From Okamejei kenojei (taxonomy: Eukaryota): DNA of 64,000 nucleotides. Below are positions 51,797 through 63,180 of this stretch, one piece after another. The stretch covers positions 47,492,001-47,556,000 of the forward strand of contig CM069141.1 in NCBI GenBank assembly GCA_035221665.1, given 5' to 3'. Positions within the stretch are counted from its first letter, which is position 1. Every line of letters begins with the position of its first letter. Made by a program: the position numbers and the translations under genes. The notes under the pieces are model-generated. The model saw only the letters and a program-made list of their open reading frames with translations. It was not told where the DNA came from and made no database searches.

Positions 51797-54250
51797 ATGG
51801 CACAAAGAAGCAATTTCGGCGTGCATGGAAAGTCGGTGATATCATCCATCTTTCTGCTTTGTGTGTGGAATCTGGTTTCCGGGCAGATTCGCTACTCCAT
51901 TCCAGAAGAACTGGAACAAGGTGCCTTCGTCGGAGCAGTCGGCAAAGATTTGGGTTTGAGCATAGAGGAGCTATCAAACCGTAAATTCAAAATTAAATCA
52001 GCCGCATCAAAACAATATTTGGATGTAAATAATATGAATGGAATTTTATTTGTAAATGCAAGAATCGACAGGGAACAGCTGTGTGGTCAGAGTGATAACT
52101 GTGTATTGTTCGTGGAAGCGGTGGTTGAAAACCCTGTGGAGCAGTACCGCGTGGAAGTTGAGATATTGGATATAAACGACAATTCTCCGAATTTTCCGAA
52201 AAGCGAAATTCGTTTGGAAATTTCAGAAAGTAGGATGCCTGGATCGCGCTTTCTGTTAGAGGGCGCGTACGATGTGGACGGGAGAAATAATTCTGTTCGT
52301 AACTACCAGCTCGCTGCTAATGATCATTTTACGTTGGATGTGCAGAATTTTGGAAAATTGAAATTACCAGAACTGGTGCTACAGAATATTCTCGACCGAG
52401 AAAAACAACCAGTGTACAGTTTATTACTGACAGCTCTTGATGGCGGTACTCCAGGGAGGTCAGGTAGGGCTCATGTAACTATTGTTGTTTTGGACGTTAA
52501 TGATAATACACCGGTTTTCGAGAAATCGGCGTATAGTGTTAGCCTAAAGGAGAACGTATCACGAAATTCGTTGGTGATTAAGCTTAACGCGACTGACCTG
52601 GACGAGGGCACAAATGGCGAGATCGTTTATTCTTTCAGCAGTTACAATGGACAACGAATAACTGAAATGTTTATGATTAACCACAAATCCGGGGAGATAC
52701 GTACCAAAGGAATTTTGGATTTTGAAGAAACCAATATTTATCAGATTTATGTACAAGCTGAGGACAAAAGTGTGCAATCGTTATCCACACTCTGCAATGT
52801 GCGGGTGGATATCATAGATATGAATGACAACGCTCCTGAATTAACACTGAATTCTGTTTCCGGCACAGTCAGTGAAAATGTTCCAAGTGGAACTTTGATC
52901 GCATTGATCAGTGTAACAGACAGGGATTCCAATGAAAATGGAGACATCGACTGTTCCATCTCACCCAATCTACTCTTTAATCTTAAATCTTCCTTCACGA
53001 ATTCCTACAGACTAGTTACAAATGCAGCTCTCGATCGAGAAAGCACCGCTCATCATAAGATTATAGTAACTTGCAAAGACCGTGGAGTCCCCACGTTATC
53101 TACCAGTCAGACGATTGGGATAAATATCTCAGATATAAATGATAACGCGCCGCGCTTTACGCAGCCGTCCTACACGGCCTATGTGGCGGAAAATAATGAA
53201 CCAGGCAGCTACATTGGATCAGTAACAGCTTTGGATCTTGATATCGACCGAAATTCACAGCTTTCTTACTCTATTTTGGAGAACCAGATACAGTCAGTAT
53301 CTGTGTCATTCTACCTCTTTATCAACTCAAATAATGGCAGCATCTACTCGAAAACGCCTTTCGATTATGAACAACTTAAAGGTTTTCAGTTTCGCGTTCG
53401 GGTTCAAGATGCCGGATTAACATCACTTTCCAGTGACGTTGCTGTGAAAGTGATTGTCTTGGATCAGAACGACAATCCACCCATGATAACATCAAATGCA
53501 ATAAAAAGCAACAGCAGTCTGCCTGTGCCTCGTTCTGCAGACCCGGGATATATGGTAACACAGGTCGTTGCTTCCGACGCAGACTCTGGTAAGAATGCAC
53601 AACTGTCTTATCAACTCATGCAATCCAGTGACCCGGATCTCTTTATAGTTTCATATAACTCAGGAGAGGTAAGAACTGCTCGGCGCTTTAAAGATAGCGA
53701 CGCCACCACACAAAGGCTGATTATCCAGGTGAAAGATAACGGTTATCCCGCTCTCTCTGCTACCACCACCTTTACTTTGACAATAATTGAGGAACACACG
53801 GAGGGTTTGCTGGACTTCAATGAAGCGAGTGACGACTTAGAAGACACGCAGAAATTATCATTATATATAATAATTACACTAGGAGCAACCTCATTTGTTC
53901 TTTTGGTAGTTATAATTGTACTTGTTGTAGTCATTTGCCCAATGGGCAGCCATTCTGCATCTGGGCATGCCTGCACTTTAGCAAACAGTTGCTGCAGAAG
54001 AGAATTGGAATATAGGCATTCGAATGTGAACTTGCAAATCGTGCCGGATTCTCACTTCCTTCCCAGTCTACTTGAGGTTCATGGAAATGGATCCCTTTCA
54101 GAAACATACCGTTATAAAATTCGATCGGCGCCCGAACCACGGGATATATATTTCACTCCATTCAGTCCACAGATGCACGGGACCTTTGAAAAGTACGCTA
54201 AATATGCGCCAACGGACAGTACAAAGACAAGGAGCTGTTCGCCGAATGTG
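51797..54250 (+). CDS. Clustered protocadherin variable exon V6 (818 codons)
   Basis: MAQRSNFGV start (upstream in-frame ATGs at 51722, 51731, 51743). Intact EC1-6 and TM. Donor GTG/GTGAGT at 54250/54251. Confidence 0.95.
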
Positions 54251-57079
54251 GTGAGTGTTGTAGAGCACATATAACTGGTCACTAGTATTCCTCGTGTATT
54301 TGTTTCGTGTGTTAATAATTTGCCATTTTAATCGGATTTTTGGATTAAAATTACTCCACAATTTTTGTTAAAGTTTCATGACATTCATGAGCAGAATAAG
54401 ATGAATCGTTGGGAGATGATCCCACCGGACTTTTGTTTCCATCTTGTTTATGTATATGTTATAAGCCGATATTTGCAAAATTGATGCTGGAGCGGTTGCT
54501 GCTGCATAATACAATAATTGATGACAATCATAGGACTGCGGAAATCCAAAAACATTTGCATTTTGTCAAACCTCGCGTCAGAAATAATGGGAAAACATGT
54601 AATGTGTCCACCAATTGCCTATACATTTTAAAACCATAGCACAATGTATTTCGCAATGGTTGTCTTATTTCTTGTGTTGTATTGTATTGCGCCACGGAAA
54701 ATGAACCCTTTTTATGGTTGAATCATTGAAAGTGACTTTAGACGTTGCCTTTCGCGTGGTCCTGCAAACAGAGAAAGGTAGTACATTTAGGATACCGATG
54801 GAAGCTATTTACCTGAAGGAGGCAGTGTTCACAAAATAGTACACCCCAGCCTATTCTTCCTTCCAGCACAAGGTCCGCAGCCTTGCGAACAGCGGCGCCT
54901 CGGGTACACATCCAACTCGGTTTTAAAGGTGATGAGTTTCCTTCTTGTCCATTCTTTTAGACGCAGATTTTCAGATCCCTTGTAGTGTTTGGACGGAAAT
55001 CGCAATTTCTCCTTATCTTCACTGCATTTTCACGATATTTTGGAAAACTATCTCAGTATGCCAGTTTTATGAAATGTCGTGTAAATGTCAGTGTTGTAAT
55101 CGAGCTGGTAGAGCTTGGATGGAATTGCAACTGAGCAACATCAAAGTTTGCCAAATACCCGATAAGCCAGATTTCGTGCATAGCGTATAGCTTTGGTTAG
55201 CAGATTGTAGAGAACAAATGACTTTTCTAGGACTGAAACTATTTGGAGAAACTGGATACGATTCCATTGTAACGGAAGCGAAGATGAATTAAGTAATGAA
55301 TATTATGAGAGTCGCAGGGATATGAAAATAAGTCTATATCCTCCATCAGCCGAAAGCGGGTGGAGATCTAAAGCGGTTATTGGGAAATGGAGTGTGGATA
55401 AGGAGAAATTTCAATTCACACATTACAAGGGATCTTGATAAACTTTTCAGTATATTCTTATTGTGATTTTGGATTATAGAGGATTGACTAGTGCTGTGCA
55501 CAATCAAAAATGGTGTTTGAAGTATTATGGAATATTACACTTCTTGAAACTTGTACCATTAACCTTTCAACATATTTAAGGCAAATGTTATGGCAGATAA
55601 TCATTAAACATTGCACTAATTAAGTTGAAAATCACAAGGAATGCTCGTATGCACATGCGCAGACACTCAGGTCTCAATGGGTCGTTGTCCAACAGGTGGA
55701 AGGGAGATGTTTCTGAAACTCGATTTACTTTGACCCAGGGTTCTCTGGTGCTTTTACTATAACTGCTGCAGAACTAGGAAGGATGTGAAATTGCTGTGCT
55801 GGTGAGAGGAGAGTCGGATATTAGTGGCTCCATTATGAGTAAAACATCTTTGTCAGTTAAAAGTAGAATTGTGTGGTTATCATTACTCATGAAGCTAGCT
55901 TACAATCTTTAGCATAATGGTGAAAATTAGGCAGCAAAACTGATTTATTTATGATACCAACCTTCTCCACTCCTGGAGCCCAGTACTTGATTCAATAAGT
56001 TCATGTTGATACAATCTTGATCTCGAAATCACATTCCTCCTGAAACCTTTGACCACCTTACCGTTCAAATGTATGTCACTCATCGTTTTGAACATTACCA
56101 GTGACTCAGCCTGCTGCACTCTCTGCTAATCTATATTGAATATTCTATTCAAAAGAACAGATAGAACATCTTTCAGTGGCTTTCTTAAATCGATGGCCAC
56201 TTACTCTTAAACAATATCCAACCGCTTGTTTTAGATAATACATATACGAGTAACATCCTCTGAGTAGCCGATTGTGAATCCTGTTCCCAGTCTTATCTGC
56301 CTCTCTGTAAGATCATCTTTAATTTATTTCATCTGGTAACGATCATCACTGTGTTGGACCATTGCATTATATTTCCTTACTTTACGCCACTTGTACTTAC
56401 GGCGACCAATATTCCATTAGCTATCCTAATTACTTGCTACTAAACTTTGTTTGCCACCGCTGTTCATGGCCGTCCGAAGGGGGGGGGGGGGGGGGGGCGA
56501 TGGATGCAGACTAAAAAAAATTGGGGCGAAATATTTTTTTATTCCACACCAGGACAGAGGGAATATCGCCTTTCGTCTCCTTGGCCCTCTTGTAGCTGTA
56601 CAGCCACAGGATGACCCTGGCGTTGCGCTCGATGGCCGAGAGGGCAGAGGGCGAGAGCTTGTTCTTCCTCCCCCCCCCCCCCCCCCCCCCGGAGCGACTC
56701 GTTGCCGCTATCGCTGCTGCTGTTCGAATCTGGCCAGATTCGAACAGGTTCGAAACTTGAGGAGAAGGCTTTCGAAGGCAGCGTCGGCGGCATACTTCTC
56801 CCTGGCCAGGTTCTCGATCACCTAGAGCTCCAGTTCGCAGTACTCGAAAAAAAACCAAGCCCGAGCGGGCTCAGGAGAAGCCGCTGCCGAGGTCGGTGTG
56901 CGAGCGCCGCATTCCGCCTTCACCAATCCGACGCTTGAGCGGCTCCTTGGGGCGACCTGCTGCTGCTTCTCAAGGCGCTGCGGGCGTGGTTACTTGTGCA
57001 CCCTGGGATGCTGCTGGCATGGCGACTGGAGCGGGGAGGGTGCTAGAGGAGGGGTGGTAGAGGGTAGGAAGAGGAGAGG

Positions 57080-57211
57080 NNNNNNNNNNNNNNNNNNNNN
57101 NNNNNNNNNNNNNNNNNNNNNNNNNNNNNNNNNNNNNNNNNNNNNNNNNNNNNNNNNNNNNNNNNNNNNNNNNNNNNNNNNNNNNNNNNNNNNNNNNNNN
57201 NNNNNNNNNNN
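57080..57211. other. Assembly gap (132 N) inside a G-rich tract
   Basis: Run of N; flanks match those of the 40380-40556 G-rich minisatellite. Confidence 1.
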
Positions 57212-57249
57212 GAGCGGGCATCAACCAATGGAGGAGGGCGGGGTCGGAT

Positions 57250-58330
57250 GGGTGACGACACTTGCAACGTGAGCAAGACGGCGCAGACTTCAACGTTTGT
57301 CAGATTTTTGAAGATTTTCATTAATACCTCGAGAAATAATGCATGGCATATTCAGATAAGGTGTTTTTGGATTGCAGGTGAAAACCTTTACCGGAATATG
57401 TACAAATGTTATCGTTTACGTTAGCGCCTCATTTTTTTTTAGAAGATGTGATTATACAAAACAAACACACACACAAAGAAACACACACATCCAAGATCAG
57501 ACTTTCAATAGTTACTAGACTAAGTGGGACCCGTTGGCTACCGTCTCCTCAACATGCGGTTGCGGGGGGGGGGGGGGGGGGGGGGGGGGGGGCGTGGTAC
57601 ATAGAATGGGGGGGGGGGGGGGGGGGAGGGGGGGGGGGGGGGGGGTGAGGGGGGGAGAGGGGGGGAGGGGGGTGAGTGTGGGGGGGAGGGGGGTAGGGGG
57701 GGGGGGGGGGGGGGGCGGGGGGGGGGGGGGGGGGGTAGGCGGGGGGAGTGAGAGGAGGGCGTGTGTGACAGACACATACAAACCGCACAGGCCGTTTGTG
57801 TCAGATTTTTGAAGAAATTTCAACACAATGTCATAAACATCAAATGTTATCCCCCTCACACACAATAACCATCACATCCAAGATCAGACTCCAGAGAGTT
57901 ACCCCCCTTGGCAACCAACAACACCCCCCCTGCGGGGGGTGGGGGGGGATACAAATACTTAACACTAAACAATTAATAACCACCCCCCATTGATATTATA
58001 TTAATTATTAATTTGCCCTTTACCCATCCCTAGCTCTATCCCATTCACACACAAAGCTCCCAAGTCACAGACGCGAGAGAGAGGGGGGGGGGGGGGGGCG
58101 TGAGGAAGGGGGAGAGGGGGAGAGAGAGGTAGGGGATAATAAAGAGGAGGGGGGTAGAGAGTGGGGGGAGGAGAGGGGAGGGAGGGAGGGTGGGGGTGGT
58201 TAGGCGTGGAGAGGGGGCAAGGGGGTGCAGGGGGGAGGCGATGGAGGAGAGAAGGGGGAGAGGAGGGAGGGGGAGTGGGTAGGGGAAGAGGGGAGGGAGG
58301 GGGAGAGGGGTAGAGTGTGGAAGAGAGGAA
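57250..58330 (-). mobile_element. Tandem Helitron-like elements with poly-G tracts
   Basis: 5' block at 57290-57510, then a/CTAG at 57515 with degenerate hairpin gggacccgttggctacc; homologous to 40600-41350. Confidence 0.6.
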
Positions 58331-58826
58331 ATATTGGAGAGCTAATACTAGGTTGGTTGCAACACTGAAAGACACTATGTAAATGAATGTTAATATTGTT
58401 GTTAATGTTGGTATTAGATGACTATATTTATATCATAATCAAGTTATAATTTAAGGATTGATAGATTTATTGTTATATGGTATATAAGCATATTGTCGTA
58501 ATACCCTGCTCATTGTTGTGAATATATTATTATTTTCTCGAACGTGGAAAGCTCAATAAAATGTCGTACCTGTTTTAATACAGACTTAACAGACATCATG
58601 GATCAGCCTTTAATGTGATCACACAACTAAGTTATCTTATGTAAAACAATGATGGGGCAAAAGGAAAGTTGTGCTGAAACAATATCATTTGCATTCGGAT
58701 AAATTGCAAATAGGACTGACTGATCACCCGACTTTGTTTCGATCAGCTACACTTTTAAATTACTTTCTAAATAGCTATGAAGCTGAAACTATCGTGATTT
58801 AGAACCTAGCTATATCATAAACCCAC

Positions 58827-58868
58827 TGTAGTTATAGACAAGGACTCTTTGTGTCGCTGTCTACCAAT
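58827..58868 (+). promoter_or_regulatory. cPcdh promoter CSE / CTCF site of exon V7
   Basis: TGTAG-ttatagacaag-GACTCTTTGTGTCGCTGTCTACCAAT; core starts 234 bp before the ATG. Confidence 0.92.
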
Positions 58869-59080
58869 AAGGGAGAGAAATGTATCTGGAGATCCACCAC
58901 CCATCCTCCAACAACGAGGGATGAAGCCTGGTTATTTTTGTGACGGAGATTTATCTCCTGAGAAGGTATCTACGGTTTTGGTCCTCTTACCTAAATTATA
59001 TGACTTGTCCAAGAAGTAATAATTTATATTGGAACACAAAGAAGATCGTGTGAGTTGAAATTAACATCCCTACAGACGAA

Positions 59081-61581
59081 ATGGCACATACAGTCGGAAT
59101 GCTCTGGTTGAGAAAGAAAGCGGTACCGTCCATTTTGATGCTTTGTGCCTGGAACATTGTTTCCGGGCAGATTCGTTACTCCATTCCAGAAGAATTGAAG
59201 CACGGTACATTGGTCGGCGAAATTGCTAAGGATTTGGGATTATTTCTGGAGGAACTATCAAGCCGGAAATTAAGGATCGTTTCTCAGGTACCGTCACAAG
59301 TTATGGATATAAATCTTCAGAATGGAGTTTTATTTGTGAATAAGAGAATAGACCGAGAGCTGATCTGCGGCAAGAGTCTTACTTGTATACTGTCCTTGGA
59401 ACTGGAAATAGAAAATCCCGTGGAACATTATCGAGTGGAGGTTGACATTCTGGACGTAAACGACAATTCCCCCAATTTCGTGAACACAGAATTCCGTTTG
59501 GAAATTGCAGAGTCTGTGTCACCTGGAACTCACTACATTTTAAAGGCTGCACAGGACGCTGATATTGGAAATAATTCGGTTCAGACGTACCAGCTTACTC
59601 AAAATAATCACTTTGCTTTAGATATACAGACTCTTGGCAATTGGAAATTACCAGAATTAGTGGTGAAACAGTCGCTCGACCGTGAAAAGTACTCCATGCA
59701 CCATTTAATACTCACTGCTGTTGACGGTGGGATACCCGAGAGGTCAGGTACTTCTCAGATATTTATCGTTGTTACTGACACGAATGATAATGCGCCCATT
59801 TTTCAAAGGCCATTGGACTATGTTAGCTTAATGGAAGACGTTGCACCAGGTACCTTGGTAATTAAAGTTAATGCTACTGATTTGGATGAAGGATCCAACA
59901 GTGACATAAGCTATTCTTTGGGTAGCTATAATGAAGACAGCGCACTGGAAATGTTTAGCATTAATCCGAAATCGGGAGAGATTAGGGTAAAGAGAAAATT
60001 AGATTTTGAAGAAACTCGTGTCTATGAAATTCACCGTAGAAGCTAAGGACATGGGGGCACAGTCATTATCCGCGTACTGTATTGTTCGGGTGCATGTCGA
60101 AGATGTTAATGATAATGCGCCAGAAGTGGTTATGAAATCAGCTTCGAGTACAGTCAGTGAGGACACGCCTGTTGGAACACCGATTGCTTTAGTCAGCGCT
60201 ACAGACCGAGATTCCAATAGGAATGGTGTTACTGATTGCCAGGTCTCACCAACCGCACCTTTCGAATTGAAGCGCTCGCTTGAAAATTCATATAAACTAA
60301 TCGTAAGTGATACGCTTGATCGGGAAATCACTTATGAGTACACGCTGACTGTGACATGCAAAGATCAAGGAACACCTCCACTGTCTACAAACAGAACGAT
60401 GATTGTATATGTTTCAGATATAAACGATAACGCTCCCAAATTCTCGCAGCCTACACACACCATCTATGTGTACGGGGGGGGGGGGGACTGAGAATAATTC
60501 GCCCGGCAGTTCTATTGGTTCTGTGACAGCCTTTGATCCAGATGCAGAACGAAATTCCCAAATTTCTTACAGAATTGTGGAGGGCAGTGTTCAGGGCGAC
60601 CCAGTGACTTCCTATGTTTCAATCAGCTCTGACAATGGCGTGATCTATTCGCAGCGGTCATTCGATTACGAGTTGCTAAAGAGTTTTAAGATCCAAGTAG
60701 AAGCTCGGGATGCTGGATTTCCATTGTTTTCTGGCAACGTTACTGTAAATGTGATTATCCTTGACCAGAATGACAATCCTCCTGTGATATCAGCTAGCAG
60801 CAAGTATCACAACAATGCAACTGTGCCTCGATCTGCCCATCCAGGATTTCTGGTTACCAGGGTGTTGGCTACAGATGCCGATTCTGGACAAAATGCACGC
60901 CTTTCCTATCAGCTCTTACATGCCACTGACCCAAGTCTTTTCACAATATCGCTTAGGTCAGGTGAAGTAAAAAGCGTTCGCCGATTTGAGGATGGAGGAC
61001 GCCGCGTCACACAAAAGCTAGTCATCTTGGTGAAGGATAACGGACACCCTGCGCTCTCTGCCACTGGCACAATTGCCATCGCTATAATTGAACAAACCGA
61101 GCAATTTCAGTCAGAGTTTGGTGATCGCCATGGAGATTTGCAAGAGTCTTCTGAATTGGCATTTTACATAATAATTTCTCTGGGAGCAGTAACATTTTTA
61201 CTCCTCGTTATTATAATAGTCCTAATTATTGTTATTTGTCCAGCACACAAACAGCCACGCCGCACTGCGAGTTGTTATCTTCCTAAATGTTGCGGTATCA
61301 ATGAATTAGATTCCAATGTTGGAAGGCATAACGCGCATGTCAATCTACAGCTAGTGCCGGACTCCAAATTATTTGCCAATGTCCTTGAAATCCGGGGAAA
61401 TGGATCCCTTTCAGATACGTATCGTCATAAAGTTAGATCTGCGCCAGAGGCAGGAAAAATGGAATTAATGTATTTTTCTACAGCAAGTCCAACAATTTCT
61501 AGATCTCTCACGAAGAGCATTGGAAATTATGCGTCAGCAGTAAATACGTGCCGAAAGAATAACTGGCCATCCACAGGCGAA
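59081..61581 (+). pseudogene. Clustered protocadherin variable exon V7 with two frameshifts (pseudogene or assembly error)
   Basis: Full domain set across ORFs 59081, 60006 and 60466. Extra C at about 60035 (att cac c gta); 16-nt TAC+G13 insertion at 60471-60486. Donor GAA/GTGAGT at 61581/61582, phase 0. Confidence 0.8.
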
Positions 61582-62417
61582 GTGAGTATTTCATTATTTA
61601 GTTAAAGTACAGTATAATCTTTTTCTATATCGCAATCCACATCCGGTCATCGCACCGCCAGCATAACCCAGATATTTTGGATTGTGCTCTTCTCGATTCT
61701 GATTTGCTACGCATGAAAGCTTCAATCTTTGTTAACCAAATACTACTATTTTTTGCGGAATTCAATATATTTGTACTTTAATTTCAAGTTATTTGTCATA
61801 CAAAACACTCTATACGATAGCAGGTAGCTGATTTTAATTACTTTATAATGTATTTTAAGGGCTATTAATCAAGTTCACTGTGCTTGAGGGGCGTACACCT
61901 GTAGCAAGTTTATGTTAGCTCAAACATAACAATAGTCTGAAATGAAACATGTCAAACAAGTGGTTAGGCAAGCCACTTGCTTCTTTCGTAAGACCAGGCT
62001 TTGGTTTGCTCGTTACTACCAATAATTGTGCAGAGTCGATACTATTTCATGGGACACAAATGTTAGAAATCCAGAGAGCTGTGAATGCGCATTTAGTTGG
62101 TATTCATTCTAGCCAGTAAATTAAGTTCATTTCAGAATTATTTTCAATGATCCTCCCAACATGCCATGACTTTTAGTGTATCAGACTACTTCGTATCCAT
62201 TCGTTTGGAACACTTCAAAGGCAAGTGTAATGACCGTAGAAGAGATCCACTTACCAAGCCAGACACCCAACCTTTCCGCCCCATGCCACCTGCAGCAGTT
62301 CCTGTGGGTCCTTGGTTGACAATATGAGCCACCACAGAAACTATATACCAGAGTAAAACAAAGTGACTTTAACTCAGAGGTGATGAAATATGAACAAATT
62401 GGTGCCATAGCGGCACG

Positions 62418-63180
62418 GAGTCATACAGCACGGCCACAAGCCCTTCGGCCCACCTTCCCTTTACCGACCAAGATTGCCCAATTATGCCAGTCTTATCTGT
62501 CCACGTTTGGCCCATATCTAAACATTTCCTATCAATGTAGCTGTCCAAATGTATTTTAAATGATAATAAGGTACCTGCCTCAACTACATCAACTAACCCA
62601 CCTGGCAGCTTGTTCCATATACCCACCACCATTCCTCGGGTTCCTATCTTTCTCCTCTCACCTTAAACCTATATCCTCTGGTTCTTTATTCCCAACTTTA
62701 GGTAAAATATATTGTGCATTCACTCTACCTACCCCATCATGATTTTATCCATCTCTATGGTATCACCCCTCAGCCTGGCGAAAACGGAGGAGGATACTCC
62801 AAATGAGGCCTCATCAGCGTCATGTACAATCATAACGCAACATGGCATATTCTATACTCCATACACTGACCCGTGAAGGCCAATAAACCAGAAAAACGTA
62901 TTGCCATCCTATCCACATGTGACACAATTTTCAGGGAACTATGTACCTGCATTCCCAGATCCCTCTATTCTACAAACTCTTCAGAGCCCTGTCATTCCCT
63001 CTGAATGACCCACCCAGGATTGACTTGTCAAAATGCAACACCTCAAACTTATCTACATTAAACTCCATTAAACATTCCTCAGTGAACTTGCCCAGCTGAC
63101 CAAGGTCCTGGTGCAATTGATGATAACCATCTTCCCCGTCTACCATACTAATCATTTTAGTATCATCAGCAATGTACAAA
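62418..63180 (-). mobile_element. Degenerate CR1-type LINE 3' fragment
   Basis: YIADDTK...MEFNVDKFEVLHF; VVGIWNKLP...FKIHLDSYID; tail ccgaagggcttgtggccgtgctgtatgactc. Confidence 0.85.

Larger units (their letters stand above)
34500..58330 (+). repeat. Tandem segmental triplication of a promoter+exon+spacer unit (about 34500-43860, 43860-51030, 51030-58330)
   Basis: Collinear high similarity of non-coding flanks and exons. ATG spacing is 9339 and 7181 bp. Confidence 0.92.

Noticed and set aside
40120-58375. Pro-rich and Gly-rich ORFs of 100-190 aa (e.g. 40120-40698, 41081-41568, 48237-48800, 57515-58375)
   Set aside because: Translations of G/C low-complexity tracts that lack stops by composition; frames are not conserved between copies.
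7401-58868. Identical 22-bp repeats as a CRISPR-like or recombination-signal array
   Set aside because: Spacing is kilobases, each copy sits at a fixed distance before an exon, it matches the cPcdh CSE, and no cas genes or RSS heptamer/nonamer pattern were seen.
7669-60331. Recurring antisense ORFs over the Pcdh exons (e.g. 15488-15862, 36227-36526, 59999-60331)
   Set aside because: Shadow frames of cadherin codons; they recur only because the exons are paralogous, and their starts and lengths vary.
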